From NCBI GenBank assembly GCA_965249185.1, contig CBDFLS010000002.1:205594-269593 (forward strand): 64,000 nucleotides of DNA, read 5' to 3'. A program made the translations under genes and the position numbers. Below the pieces are notes generated by a model, which saw nothing but the letters and a program-made list of their open reading frames with translations, made no database searches and was not told the origin of the DNA. Shown one piece after another: positions 8,625-18,668 of the stretch. Numbering within the stretch: position 1 is the stretch's first letter; each line of letters opens with the position of its first letter. The stretch is from Dehalococcoidia bacterium. GTDB taxonomy: Bacteria; Chloroflexota; Dehalococcoidia; Lucifugimonadales; Australimonadaceae.

Positions 8625-8655
8625 CCCCTTGCCAGCCAGGGCAAGGGGTTTTTGT
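8625..8655 (+). terminator. pyr attenuator terminator hairpin (CCCCTTGCC-AGCCAG-GGCAAGGGG + TTTTTGT)
   Basis: Perfect 9-bp stem followed by a U-tract, ending immediately before the pyrR ATG at 8656. Positions 8548-8558 are an exact 11-nt complement of 8627-8637, which gives the antiterminator alternative. Confidence 0.7.
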
Positions 8656-9210
8656 ATGCCCGCCGAGCAGACTCTCCTCCTCACCGCCGACGACATGCGC
8701 CGAGCGCTCACCCGCATGGCCCACGAGATCGTGGAGCGCAACCACGGCGCCGGCGACCTGGTGCTGGCCGGGCTCCAGACCCGGGGCGTGCCCCTGGCGC
8801 AACGGATCGCGCGCATCATCGCCGGCTTCGAGGGCGCCGACGTGCCCGTGGCGTCGCTGGACATCAACCTCTACCGCGACGACCTGAGCAGCCGGGCCCA
8901 GCCCCTGGTGCGGCCCACTGCCTTCCCTACGAGCGTTGACGATAAGCGCATCGTGCTGGTAGACGACGTGCTGTTCACGGGCCGCAGCATCCGTGCCGCG
9001 CTCGACGCGCTCACCGACCTGGGCCGTCCCCAGGTGGTGCAGCTCGCGGTGCTGGTGGACCGCGGCCATCGGGAGCTGCCGCTCCGCGCCGACTACGTGG
9101 GCAAGAACGTGCCAACGTCGCTGGAGCAGATCGTGCAGGTGCAGATGCAGGAGGTGGATGGCCGCGACCAGGTGGTGCTCATCCCACAGGAGATGGAGGT
9201 GACGGCATGA
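8656..9210 (+). CDS. pyrR: bifunctional pyr operon regulator / uracil phosphoribosyltransferase PyrR
   Basis: [23 protein letters not shown]...[20 protein letters not shown]...[24 protein letters not shown]. The start is the ATG just after the attenuator. Confidence 0.9.
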   Translation: MPAEQTLLLTADDMRRALTRMAHEIVERNHGAGDLVLAGLQTRGVPLAQRIARIIAGFEGADVPVASLDINLYRDDLSSRAQPLVRPTAFPTSVDDKRIVLVDDVLFTGRSIRAALDALTDLGRPQVVQLAVLVDRGHRELPLRADYVGKNVPTSLEQIVQVQMQEVDGRDQVVLIPQEMEVTA

Positions 9211-10241
9211 GGGTACAAGCGCCCGAGGAGACGGCAGGCAGGCTCAAGACCGCCCTTGCGCCCCGGCGTCACGTGCTGGACCTGGACGATTTCGCCGCCG
9301 CCGAGATCGACGCTGTCCTGGACACGGCCGACGGCATGCTCGAGGTGCTGGGCCGGAGCATCAAGAAGGTGCCGTCGCTGCGGGGCAAGGTGGTGATGAC
9401 ACTCTTCTACGAGGAGAGCACCAGGACCAGGGTCTCCTTCGAGCAGGCGGGCAAGCTCCTGAGCGCGGACGTCATCAACATCTCGGCCTCCTCCAGCAGC
9501 GTCGCCAAGGGGGAGTCGCTGCTGAACACGTCGCTGACGCTGCAGGCCATGCAGGCGGACCTGCTCGTGGTGCGGCACCCCCACGCGGGCGCGCCCTACT
9601 TCCTGGCACGGCACCTAAACCACACCGGCATCATCAACGCGGGCGACGGGCGCCACGCCCACCCGACCCAGGGGCTGCTGGACCTGCTCACGATGCGGCG
9701 TCACCTCGGCTCGCTGGAAGGGGCGAAGGTGGTGATCGTAGGCGACGTGCTTCACAGCCGGGTGGCCCGCTCCAACATCTGGGGCCTCATGGCCACCGGC
9801 GCCAGGGTCACGCTCTGCGGGCCCCCTACCCTGCTGCCGCTGGACATGCTTAGGCCGCCGGAGGCATCGTCGCCCCACTACCTATTAGGCGGGCTCACGG
9901 GCCGGATAGAGGTGCAGACGGACCTGGACGTAGCGATGGAGGGGGCCGACGTGGTCATGGCGCTACGGCTCCAACGCGAGCGGCAGGCCTCGGGCATGCT
10001 GCCCAGCCTACGCGAGTACACCCGCCGCTGGCAGGTCAACGAGGAGCGCTTGCGCCACGCCAAGGAGGGTGCGCTGATCATGCATCCCGGCCCGATGAAC
10101 GAGGGGGTGGAGATAAGCAGCTCGCTGGCCCACGGCAGCGCGTCGCGCATCGAGGAACAGGCCACCAACGGCGTGGCGCTGCGCATGGCGCTGCTCTACT
10201 GGCTGCTGGCCGGCCAGTCGAAAGAGGGGGTGACGCCGTGA
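9207..10241 (+). CDS. pyrB: aspartate carbamoyltransferase catalytic subunit
   Basis: [18 protein letters not shown] and HPGPMNEG motifs. ATGA overlap with pyrR. Confidence 0.95.
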   Translation: MRVQAPEETAGRLKTALAPRRHVLDLDDFAAAEIDAVLDTADGMLEVLGRSIKKVPSLRGKVVMTLFYEESTRTRVSFEQAGKLLSADVINISASSSSVAKGESLLNTSLTLQAMQADLLVVRHPHAGAPYFLARHLNHTGIINAGDGRHAHPTQGLLDLLTMRRHLGSLEGAKVVIVGDVLHSRVARSNIWGLMATGARVTLCGPPTLLPLDMLRPPEASSPHYLLGGLTGRIEVQTDLDVAMEGADVVMALRLQRERQASGMLPSLREYTRRWQVNEERLRHAKEGALIMHPGPMNEGVEISSSLAHGSASRIEEQATNGVALRMALLYWLLAGQSKEGVTP

Positions 10242-11599
10242 GCAAGCCGGTGCTTATAAAAGGCGCGCGGATCATCGACCCGGCCCAGGGCATGGACCGG
10301 GTGGGAGACGTGCTGGTGCGCGACGGCGCCATCGTGAGCTGCGGGCCCGAGGCCTCGGCGGACGGCGCCACGCTCGTCAGCGCGAAGGGCCTGGTGGCCG
10401 CTCCCGGCTTCATCGACCTGCACGCCCACCTGCGCGAGCCGGGCTTCGAGGACAAGGAGACCATCGCCACCGGCGTCCTGGCCGCGGCCCATGGCGGCTT
10501 CACCACACTCTGCTGCATGCCCAACACCAATCCGGCCATCGACTCGGCCAGCGTCGTGGAATTCATCCTGAGCCAGGCGCGGAAGGCGGGCGCCATCCGG
10601 GTGCTGCCCGTGGGCGCCGTGAGCAGGGGACGCGCGGGAGTCGAGCTGACGGATATGCAGGAGCTGATGCACGCGGGCGCGGTGGCCTTCAGCGACGATG
10701 GCAACCCCGTGGCCGACGGCCACCTGATGCAGATGGCGCTCACGTACGCCAGGGACCTGGGTCTGCCGGTCATCGACCACTGCGAGGACCCGTTTCTGGT
10801 ACGCGACTGGGCCATGCACGAAGGGTGGGTCGCGTCACGGCTGGGGCTGCCCGGCTATCCGTCCGCCGCCGAGGAGTCCATGATCGCCCGGGACATCGCC
10901 CTGGCGGAGCTGACGGGCGGCCACGTGCACATCACGCACCTCAGCACGGCGGGCGGCGCCGAGCTGGTGCGTCAGGCCAGGGCGCGGGGCGTGCGGGTGA
11001 CCGCCGAGGTGACGCCCCAGCATCTCACCATGAGCGAGGAGTGGGTCATGGGCGTCCGCGATGCCGCCGGCGCTGCCACTCCCCTGGACCGTCACGCATA
11101 CGACTCCCGCGCCAAGGTGAACCCGCCCCTTCGCGCCGAGGCCGACCGCCGGGCCCTGGTGATCGCGCTGAGCGAGGGGACCATCGACGCCGTGGCCACG
11201 GACCACGCGCCGCACACGATGGCCGATAAGGCGGTGCCATTCGAGGAGGCGGCCTTGGGCATCAGCGTGCTGGAGACGGCCTTCGGGTCCCTGATGTCGC
11301 TGGTCCACGACGGCGCCCTGGAGCTGCACACCCTGGTCCGCCGGCTCAGCACCGGCCCGGCCCAGGTGCTAGGCGAGCGCTTCAATGAGCTGGCGACGCT
11401 TCAGCCCGGCACGCCCGCCGATATCGTGCTGTTCGACCTCGACGAAGCGTGGACGGTGGACGTGGGGGCCTTCGCCTCCAAGGGCGCCAACACGCCCCTG
11501 GCCGGCGCGACGCTCAAGGGCCGGGTGAAGCTGACCATGGCGGCCGGCCAGGTGGTCCACGACGGCCTTGGCCAGCCAAAGGCATCGGAGGGGGCGTAG
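10238..11599 (+). CDS. pyrC: dihydroorotase
   Basis: FIDLHAHLREPG, ATDHAPH. GTGA overlap with pyrB. Confidence 0.9.
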   Translation: MSKPVLIKGARIIDPAQGMDRVGDVLVRDGAIVSCGPEASADGATLVSAKGLVAAPGFIDLHAHLREPGFEDKETIATGVLAAAHGGFTTLCCMPNTNPAIDSASVVEFILSQARKAGAIRVLPVGAVSRGRAGVELTDMQELMHAGAVAFSDDGNPVADGHLMQMALTYARDLGLPVIDHCEDPFLVRDWAMHEGWVASRLGLPGYPSAAEESMIARDIALAELTGGHVHITHLSTAGGAELVRQARARGVRVTAEVTPQHLTMSEEWVMGVRDAAGAATPLDRHAYDSRAKVNPPLRAEADRRALVIALSEGTIDAVATDHAPHTMADKAVPFEEAALGISVLETAFGSLMSLVHDGALELHTLVRRLSTGPAQVLGERFNELATLQPGTPADIVLFDLDEAWTVDVGAFASKGANTPLAGATLKGRVKLTMAAGQVVHDGLGQPKASEGA

Positions 11600-11601
11600 C
11601 C

Positions 11602-12696
11602 GTGGCCATACCTGCCTACCTGGTGCTGCAAGACGGCACGGTGTACCGGGGCGAGTCGTTCGGCGCCCAGGGGGGCGCCTCGGGCGAGGTGGTGTTCAAC
11701 ACCAGCATGACCGGCTATCAGGAGATGCTGACCGACCCCTCCTACGCAGGCCAGATCGTGATGCCCACGTATCCACTGGTGGGCAACTACGGCATCAACG
11801 AGGGGGACATGGAGTCGGCGCGAATCCAGGTGGCGGGCTTCGTGGTGCGCGAGCAGTGGACCCATCCAAGCCACTACGATTCGACGCGCACCTTGCACGA
11901 GTTCCTGGCCGGCCAGGGGATCGCGGGCGTCAGCGGCATCGATACGCGGGCCGTGACCCGGCGCATCCGCGCCCAGGGCGTGATGCTGGGCACCATCACC
12001 ACCACGGAGTCGCCGGAGGAGGCGCTCGCCAGGCTTCAGGCGTCGCCAAGCTATGACACCGTAGACTACGTGCGGCAGGTGACGGCCGCCAAGGGATACG
12101 CGTGGGATGGCGACGGCGCCAGCGGGCCGCGCATCGCGGTGGTGGACTGCGGTGTGAAGTACAACATCCTGCGCCTGCTGGCCCGGCGCGGCTGCCAGGC
12201 CCGGGTGCTGCCCGCGACGGCCACCGCCGAGGAGGTCCTGGCGCTGAAGCCGGCGGGCGTGGTCTTCTCGCCCGGACCCGGCGACCCGGTGCACAACCGC
12301 GCCGCGGTGGAGACGGCCAAGGCGCTCATCGGCACGCTGCCGGTGCTGGGCATCTGCCTGGGGCACCAGGTGGTGGCCAGGGCGCTGGGCGCCGAGACGT
12401 ACAAGCTGAAGTTCGGCCATCGCGGAGGCAACCACCCGGTGCAGGACATCGAGAGCGGCCGGGTGTACATCACGGCCCAGAACCACGGCTACGCGGTGGC
12501 CGAAAAGGGGCTGCCCAAGAGCCTGGTGGTGACCCACCGCAACCTGAACGACGGCACCATCGAGGGCCTGCGCCACAAAGAGGCGCCGGTGCTCACCATC
12601 CAGTATCACTCGGAGGCGTCGCCCGGCCCCCGCGACAACGAGTACATTTTCGACCGGTTCGTGGCGATGGTGGAGGCTTCCCAGGCGAGCGCATGA
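11602..12696 (+). CDS. carA: carbamoyl-phosphate synthase small (glutaminase) subunit
   Basis: VAIPAYLVLQDGTVYRGESFGA...NTSMTGYQE...GICLGHQ...HGYAV. A GTG start at 11602 is chosen, because the longer ORF overlaps pyrC. Confidence 0.9.
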   Translation: MAIPAYLVLQDGTVYRGESFGAQGGASGEVVFNTSMTGYQEMLTDPSYAGQIVMPTYPLVGNYGINEGDMESARIQVAGFVVREQWTHPSHYDSTRTLHEFLAGQGIAGVSGIDTRAVTRRIRAQGVMLGTITTTESPEEALARLQASPSYDTVDYVRQVTAAKGYAWDGDGASGPRIAVVDCGVKYNILRLLARRGCQARVLPATATAEEVLALKPAGVVFSPGPGDPVHNRAAVETAKALIGTLPVLGICLGHQVVARALGAETYKLKFGHRGGNHPVQDIESGRVYITAQNHGYAVAEKGLPKSLVVTHRNLNDGTIEGLRHKEAPVLTIQYHSEASPGPRDNEYIFDRFVAMVEASQASA

Positions 12697-13014
12697 CCAC
12701 GCACCCCAAGCCCAAAAAGGTCCTCGTAATCGGCAGCGGGCCCATCGTGATAGGCCCCTCCCACGTCATTCTGAGCGCATCGAAGAATCTCATGGCCGGT
12801 GACAGACCCTTCGCTTCACTCAGGGTGACACTGGGGACACAACGCGGGCTGATACAGAGGGCTTCACTCAGGGTGACGCGGCCGAGAGTCGCTTCGCTCA
12901 GGGTGACACTGGGGGCACAGCGTATCGAATGGCGGCGAGGCGAAGTGAGCGCATGACCACGCACCCCAAGCCCAAAAAGGTCCTCGTAATCGGCAGCGGG
13001 CCCATCGTGATAGG
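12687..13014 (+). repeat. 68-bp perfect direct duplication of the carA-stop/carB-start junction (12687-12754 and 12947-13014) flanking a 192-bp insert of hairpin repeats
   Basis: Both copies read gagcgcatgaccacgcaccccaagcccaaaaaggtcctcgtaatcggcagcgggcccatcgtgatagg. The insert contains GTCATTCTGAGCGCATCGAAGAATCTC (12765-12791) and three inverted GCTTCRCTCAGGGTGAC units (12805-12829, 12861-12877, 12891-12907). Confidence 0.85.
12693..12956 (+). other. 87-codon leader ORF created by the duplication (CarB residues 1-21 fused to repeat-encoded sequence)
   Basis: [21 protein letters not shown] then PSHVILSASKNL...SLRVTLG...EVSA. Its ATG overlaps the carA TGA (ATGA), and its TGA overlaps the carB ATG (ATGA). 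Confidence 0.4.
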
Positions 13015-16000
13015 TCAGGCGGCGGAGTTCGACTACGCCGGCACGCAGGCATGCAAGGCGCTGCGCGAGGAGGGCGTGACCACGGTGCTGGTCAACTCCA
13101 ACCCCGCCACCATCATGACCGACGAGGACATCGCCGACGCGGTGTACATCGAGCCGCTGACGGTCGAGGTGCTGGAGCGGGTCATCGCCGCCGAGCGCCC
13201 GGAGGGCATCCTGCCCACTCTGGGCGGTCAGACGGGGCTGAACCTGGCCGTGGAGCTGGCCGACGCCGGAGTGCTGGAGCGCCACGGCGTGCGGCTGCTG
13301 GGCTCGCCCCTGAGCACTATCAAACGGGCCGAGGACCGCAAGCTCTTCCGCGAGCTGCTGGAGGAGATCGGCGAGCCGGTGCCGGCCAGCCAGACGGTGG
13401 ATTTGGTGGAGGAGGCGGCGGAGGTGGGCCGCCGCATGGGCCTGCCCCTGGTGGTGCGCCCCGCCTATACGTTGGGGGGAACCGGCGGCGGCGTGGCAAC
13501 GACCCTCGAGGAGCTACAGACCGTGGTGAAGGGAGGGCTGGCGGCCAGTCCCATCCACCAGGTGCTCTTGGAGCAGTCGCTGCTGGGGTGGAAGGAGATC
13601 GAGTACGAGGTGATGCGGGACGCGGCCGACACCTGCATCACCATCTGCAACATGGAGAACCTGGACCCCATGGGGGTGCACACGGGCGACAGCATCGTCA
13701 TCGCGCCCAGCCAGACGCTGTCCGACAAGGAGTACCAGATGCTCCGCTCGGCCAGTCTCAAGATTATCCGGGCGCTGGGCATCGAGGGCGGGTGCAACGT
13801 CCAGTTCGCGCTGGCGCCCCACCCTATCGTGGGCGAGACGCTGCCCGGCGGGCCGCCGGCGCCCATGAGCTACTACGTGATCGAGGTGAACCCGCGGGTG
13901 AGCCGCTCGTCCGCGCTGGCCTCCAAGGCCACCGGCTACCCCATTGCCCGGGTGGCGGCCAAGATCGCGGTGGGCAAGCGGCTCGATGAGATCCCGAACG
14001 CGGTGACGAAGAAGACCCAGGCCGCCTTCGAGCCGGCGCTAGACTACTGCGTGGTGAAGATACCGCGCTGGCCCTTCGACAAGTTCGCCACGGGGGACCG
14101 GCATATCGACACGCAGATGAAGGCCACCGGCGAGGTGATGGCCATCGACCGTGGGTACGAGGCGGCGCTCCAGAAGGCGGTGCGCTCGCTGGAGCTGGGG
14201 GGCCACTCGCTGCTGTGGGAGGACCCCGCCTGGACCCAGCCGAACGGCGCAACGGCGGAGGGCCTACCGCTGCACCCCACGGACGTACGCCTCTGGGCCA
14301 TGATGGCGGCGCTGCGCCGGGGGATGGACGCGGCCTCCCTCTCCAGGACCACCCACGTGGACCCGTGGTTCATCGCGGGCATGACGCGCATCGTGGAGAT
14401 GGAGCGCCGGCTGCTGGCGGAGCCGCTGACGCCGGACCTGCTGCGGGCGGCCAAACGGCTCGGCTTCTCCGACGAGTCAGTGGCCACGCTGGCGGACCGG
14501 CTGCCGGCCCAGGTGCGCCAGCTCCGCCACGAGTGGGAGGTTCGCCCCGTGTACAAGATGGTGGACACGTGCGCGGCCGAGTTCGAGGCGGTGACTCCCT
14601 ACTTCTATAGCTGCTACGACCAGGAGAACGAAGCGCTCCCCCTGCCCGCGCCCCGGGCCCTGGTCATCGGCAGCGGCCCCATCCGCATCGGCCAGGGGAT
14701 CGAATTCGACTACTGCTCCGTCCACGCCGCCTGGGCCCTTCAAAAGAGGGGAGTCCGCGGCATCATGGTCAACTCCAACCCCGAGACGGTCTCAACGGAC
14801 TTCGATAGCAGCGACCGCCTCTACTTCGAGCCCCTGGACGAGGAGAGCGTGCTCGACGTGCTGGAGAACGAGGGGATGGAAAGCGCCGATGCGGGCGTCG
14901 AAGCAGCGGGAGAAAGCACGGCGCCGCATCCTATGCACAAGACCCAGGGGACGTATCCTCCCTCCGTGGTGCAGTTCGGCGGGCAGACGGCTATCAACCT
15001 GAGCCAGGTCCTGGACCGGGCGGGCATGCCGCTGCTCGGCTCCACGGCGGGCGCCATCGATATGGCCTCGGACCGCGAGCGGTTCAGCGAGCTGCTAGAG
15101 CGTCTGGGCATTCCCCAGCCGCCGGGAGCGATGGTGTCCTCGCTGGAAGAGGCGCTGAGCATGGCCCAGCGGCTGGAGTTCCCGCTGCTGGTCCGCCCTA
15201 GCTACGTCCTGGGCGGCCGGGCCATGGAGATCGTGGAGAACGCCACGGAGCTGGTGCGCTATCTGACGTTGGCCGTGGAGCTTGGCCAGGGCCGGCCGGT
15301 GCTGATCGACCGGTATCTGGAGGGGCGCGAGGTGGAGGTGGACGCCGTGTGCGATGGCGAAGGGGTGGTCATCCCCGGCATCATGGAGCACGTGGAGCGG
15401 GCCGGGGTCCACTCGGGCGACTCCATGGCCGTCTACCCCGGGCTAACCGTGGCCGAGAGCGAGGCCCAGACGCTGGTGGACTTCACCAAGCGAATCGGCC
15501 TGGCGCTTGGGGTCATGGGCCTGATGAACATCCAGTTCGTTATCATGAGCGAAGAGCGGCACCGCGACCCGGCCACCTTTGACCGCGCGGCGCCCATCGA
15601 GTCCTCCATCTACGTCCTGGAGGTGAACCCCAGGTCCAGCCGGACTATCCCCTTCATCTCCAAGGTTACGGGAGTGCCCATGGTGGAGCTGGCCACCAAT
15701 GTGATGCTGGGCCGGAGCCTGACCTCCCAGGGGTACGCCTTTGGGCTTCAGAAGCGCCGCCCGCTGGTGGGCGTGAAGGCGCCGGTCTTCTCCATGTCCA
15801 AGCTCACGGGCGTGGACACCTATCTGGGCCCGGAGATGAAGTCCACCGGCGAGGTGATGGGCATCGACACGGAGTTCAGGCCCGCCCTGGTCAAGGCGCT
15901 GCTGGCCGCCAACCTGATGCTGCCGCCCCAGGGAGACCTCCTGGTGACCATCGCCGACAAGGACAAAGCGGAGGCGGCGCTCTGGCTCAAGAGCCTGGGC

Positions 16001-16387
16001 GGCCTGGACTACCGCCTCTGGGCTACGTCCGGCACGGCCGCGCTTATCCGGGGCTTGGGCCTTCCGGTGACGGAGGTGAACAAGGTGGGGGAACAGACCC
16101 CCAACTCCATCAGCGTGGTGACCGATGGGACGATGGACGGCGTGGTGAACACCGTCTCCAACGCGGCCGCCGCGCTGCGGGACGGTTTCGAGATCAGGCG
16201 GGCGGCCACGGAGCGGCGGATCCCGTGCTACACCTCGCTGGACACGGCGCGGGCGGCGGTGGAGGCGCTCGCTTACCAGGGTCTCGAGTACCACGTCCTG
16301 CCCACCGCGGTTTACGTAGACGGGGCTTCGAAAGCGAAGTACGCTAAACAGGACCCCGCAGCTAAAAAGAGAGTGAGACCAATTTGA
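12953..16387 (+). CDS. carB: carbamoyl-phosphate synthase large subunit
   Basis: [33 protein letters not shown]..., two ATP-grasp halves and an MGS-like C-terminus. An in-frame ATG at 12929 is an alternative start. Confidence 0.95.
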   Translation: MTTHPKPKKVLVIGSGPIVIGQAAEFDYAGTQACKALREEGVTTVLVNSNPATIMTDEDIADAVYIEPLTVEVLERVIAAERPEGILPTLGGQTGLNLAVELADAGVLERHGVRLLGSPLSTIKRAEDRKLFRELLEEIGEPVPASQTVDLVEEAAEVGRRMGLPLVVRPAYTLGGTGGGVATTLEELQTVVKGGLAASPIHQVLLEQSLLGWKEIEYEVMRDAADTCITICNMENLDPMGVHTGDSIVIAPSQTLSDKEYQMLRSASLKIIRALGIEGGCNVQFALAPHPIVGETLPGGPPAPMSYYVIEVNPRVSRSSALASKATGYPIARVAAKIAVGKRLDEIPNAVTKKTQAAFEPALDYCVVKIPRWPFDKFATGDRHIDTQMKATGEVMAIDRGYEAALQKAVRSLELGGHSLLWEDPAWTQPNGATAEGLPLHPTDVRLWAMMAALRRGMDAASLSRTTHVDPWFIAGMTRIVEMERRLLAEPLTPDLLRAAKRLGFSDESVATLADRLPAQVRQLRHEWEVRPVYKMVDTCAAEFEAVTPYFYSCYDQENEALPLPAPRALVIGSGPIRIGQGIEFDYCSVHAAWALQKRGVRGIMVNSNPETVSTDFDSSDRLYFEPLDEESVLDVLENEGMESADAGVEAAGESTAPHPMHKTQGTYPPSVVQFGGQTAINLSQVLDRAGMPLLGSTAGAIDMASDRERFSELLERLGIPQPPGAMVSSLEEALSMAQRLEFPLLVRPSYVLGGRAMEIVENATELVRYLTLAVELGQGRPVLIDRYLEGREVEVDAVCDGEGVVIPGIMEHVERAGVHSGDSMAVYPGLTVAESEAQTLVDFTKRIGLALGVMGLMNIQFVIMSEERHRDPATFDRAAPIESSIYVLEVNPRSSRTIPFISKVTGVPMVELATNVMLGRSLTSQGYAFGLQKRRPLVGVKAPVFSMSKLTGVDTYLGPEMKSTGEVMGIDTEFRPALVKALLAANLMLPPQGDLLVTIADKDKAEAALWLKSLGGLDYRLWATSGTAALIRGLGLPVTEVNKVGEQTPNSISVVTDGTMDGVVNTVSNAAAALRDGFEIRRAATERRIPCYTSLDTARAAVEALAYQGLEYHVLPTAVYVDGASKAKYAKQDPAAKKRVRPI

Positions 16388-17964
16388 TATCAGAAGACCC
16401 GACTCCGGCCGGCAACACGGACGGAGAGACAGTCAGCAAGCCGAGACGCCGCCGGCGCCCACGGAAGCAAACGGTGTCCGCGGACCAGGGCGCGGTCATG
16501 GAGCAGGCGGAGGCCCAGCCCGTCGCCGACGGCTCCACCACCCAGGAGCCATCGGTTGCTCCCGCGAGAAGGCGGAGGCGAAGACGCGGCCGGCCAGCCC
16601 AGGCGGACCCTGCGGCAGCCGCTGAGACCGTCGCTCCGGAGCCGGATACGGCGAGCGCCGCGGATGCCCAACCGCCGCAGGCGGCGCCGCGCCGCCCGAG
16701 CCGGCGGCGAACGGGGCAGGCGGAGAAGACGGCCGCCGAGAGCGCGCCCGAGCCCAGCCCGGAACCCGTGGCAGCCGAGGACCCGACGCCAACGGAGACG
16801 GCGGACACACCCGCCCGCCGAAGGAGGCGAAGGCGCCGAGGTCCCAGGCGGGCCACCGTAGAGCAGCCCCCGGCCGCGGACGCTCCGGAGCAGGCGGCCC
16901 CCCCGGAGCAGACGGCCCCCCCGGAGCAGACGGCCCCCCCGGAGCAGACGGCCCCCCCGGAGAGGGCGGCCCCCAAGGAGGCGCCGCCCTCGCAGCCGAT
17001 GGAAGCGCGCCCCCGCGTCACCAGGCCCAGGAGCCCCATCAGGCGGAGGAAGCCGGTTTCACGGGGCCCCGACTCCACGCCCGATGTCTCCTTCATGCAC
17101 CCCAGCGAGCGGGAATTCGCGGCCATCCTCGACTTCTACAATATCCAGTACCTCTACGAGCCGCGCTCCTTCACGCTCCGGTGGGACGGCAGCCGCGTGT
17201 CGGAGATGTTCTCGCCCGATTTCTACTTGCCCGAGCTCGACCAGTATGTGGAGCTCACCACCATGAAGCAGAACCTGGTCACGGAGAAGAACCGGAAGCT
17301 GAGGCATCTACGAGAGCTCTACCCCGAGATCAACATCATCCTGCTCTACCGCCGCGACTACCAGCGGCTGCTGGCGAAATACGGGTATGGGCCGCTGGCG
17401 GAGGCGGAGGTTCACGGCATAGACCGGGTGCTGTTCAACGCCCAGGAGCTCCAGCAGCGGACGGAGGAGCTCGGTAAGCAGATCTCACTGGACTACGATG
17501 GTCAGGAGCCGGTGCTGGTAGGCGTGCTCCGGGGGGTGGTCTGCTTCCTGTCGGACCTGATGCGGCAGATTACGGTGCCCGTGGACTTCGACCTGCTGTC
17601 AGTGTCCCACTTCTCCGGCGAGATGCGGGACGGCACGGAGGCCCCGGTGCAGGTCACCCGAGACATCGAGGTGGAGATCGAGGGCCGCCCCGTCATCCTG
17701 ATGGAGGACATCGTAGATACGGGGATGACACTCCGCTACCTGCTCCAGTACCTCTGGTCCAAGCGTCCAACCAGCCTGGTGGTGTGCACCCTGCTGGACA
17801 AGCAGGTGAGGCGAATCGCCGACGTGCCGATCAAGTACCGGGGGTTCGAGATCTCGGACGAATTCGTGGTGGGCTACGGCCTGGACCACCAGGGGCGGCA
17901 CCGCAACCTGCCGTTCATCGGCGTGTTGAAGCCGGTGGAGCCAAAGCAGGAGGCCCAACGGTAG
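16384..17964 (+). CDS. hpt: hypoxanthine phosphoribosyltransferase fused to an N-terminal Arg/Pro/Ala-rich disordered region and a ~110-aa uncharacterised domain
   Basis: The C-terminus (about residue 345 to the end) reads [22 protein letters not shown]...[13 protein letters not shown]...[21 protein letters not shown], which is HPRT. The TTG start overlaps the carB TGA (TTGA). Alternative ATG starts exist at 16999 and 17095. Confidence 0.75.
   Translation: MISEDPTPAGNTDGETVSKPRRRRRPRKQTVSADQGAVMEQAEAQPVADGSTTQEPSVAPARRRRRRRGRPAQADPAAAAETVAPEPDTASAADAQPPQAAPRRPSRRRTGQAEKTAAESAPEPSPEPVAAEDPTPTETADTPARRRRRRRRGPRRATVEQPPAADAPEQAAPPEQTAPPEQTAPPEQTAPPERAAPKEAPPSQPMEARPRVTRPRSPIRRRKPVSRGPDSTPDVSFMHPSEREFAAILDFYNIQYLYEPRSFTLRWDGSRVSEMFSPDFYLPELDQYVELTTMKQNLVTEKNRKLRHLRELYPEINIILLYRRDYQRLLAKYGYGPLAEAEVHGIDRVLFNAQELQQRTEELGKQISLDYDGQEPVLVGVLRGVVCFLSDLMRQITVPVDFDLLSVSHFSGEMRDGTEAPVQVTRDIEVEIEGRPVILMEDIVDTGMTLRYLLQYLWSKRPTSLVVCTLLDKQVRRIADVPIKYRGFEISDEFVVGYGLDHQGRHRNLPFIGVLKPVEPKQEAQR
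16885..16974 (+). repeat. 18-bp tandem repeat x5 (CCGGAGCAGACGGCCCCC, encoding PEQTAP)
   Basis: Copies 2-4 are identical, copy 1 has a single mismatch and copy 5 is degenerate; all are read directly. Confidence 0.9.
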
Positions 17965-17984
17965 GGGAAGCGCAGCCGCGGCGT

Positions 17985-18668
17985 CTAGAAAGCGTCCGGC
18001 GCCCGCCTTCCCGTCGCGCACACCTCCCGCAGGCAGCAGCCGGCGCAGCGGGGCTCCTTGCGGCACGTCTCCCCAGCGTGGCGGTCCAGCAGCGCATGGT
18101 ACTCGTTGAACAGCACGGCGTCGGCCGGCAGGTTCGCCTCGAAGAGGTCTTGGAAGCCGTCGTAGGTGTCGTGGGCCGGGGCCAGCCCCAGCCGCTGCAC
18201 GATACGCCGGGTGTATGCGTCGATGACGAAGGACGGCAGGCCAGCCACGTACAGCACCAGGTCGTCGGCCGTCTCGGGCCCGATGCCGTAGACCGACAGC
18301 AGCTCGGCGCGCAGCTCCTTGAGGTCACGGGAGCGCCACCGGGTGGGGTCATCGTCGTAGGCCGCGAGATGAGCAGCCACGGCCTTCAGCTTCCTCGCCT
18401 TGGCGTTGAAGTACCCGCTGGGCCGGATGAGCAGGGCCAGGTCAGCCTCCGGCATCTCGCGGATGGCCCGAGGCGTGAGACAGCCCGCCGCTTTCAGGTT
18501 GGTCAGCGCGCGCTCCACGGCGGTCCAGGCGGTATTCTGGGTAAGGATGGCGCCAACGATAGTCTCGAAGGGACCATCGCCGGGCCACCACCCCTGGGAG
18601 CCGTAGCGCCGGTACAGGCGGTTGTAGATGTCGAGAAGCAGCGGCCGCATGCGACGGCGCGGGCTCAT
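17985..18668 (-). CDS. endonuclease III-like HhH-GPD base-excision repair protein with a C-terminal Fe-S cysteine cluster
   Basis: ILTQNTAW...GIGPETADDLVLY and C-x6-C-x2-C-x5-C (CRKEPRCAGCCLREVC). Confidence 0.85.
   Translation of the reverse strand: MSPRRRMRPLLLDIYNRLYRRYGSQGWWPGDGPFETIVGAILTQNTAWTAVERALTNLKAAGCLTPRAIREMPEADLALLIRPSGYFNAKARKLKAVAAHLAAYDDDPTRWRSRDLKELRAELLSVYGIGPETADDLVLYVAGLPSFVIDAYTRRIVQRLGLAPAHDTYDGFQDLFEANLPADAVLFNEYHALLDRHAGETCRKEPRCAGCCLREVCATGRRAPDAF

Noticed and set aside
12755-12946. CRISPR array interpretation of the repeated GCTTCRCTCAGGGTGAC units
   Set aside because: Only three short, imperfect units with unequal short spacing occur. They include an inverted related unit, no cas genes are present, and the same motif is dispersed singly elsewhere. 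This is REP/MITE-like, not CRISPR.
16362-17126. 254-aa minus-strand ORF (Gly/Ala/Ser/Cys-rich, GGAVCS repeats)
   Set aside because: It is the antisense of the PEQTAP / Arg-rich region of the HPRT fusion gene. The repeat keeps both strands open, and the sense frame has the expected GC3 bias and continuity with HPRT.
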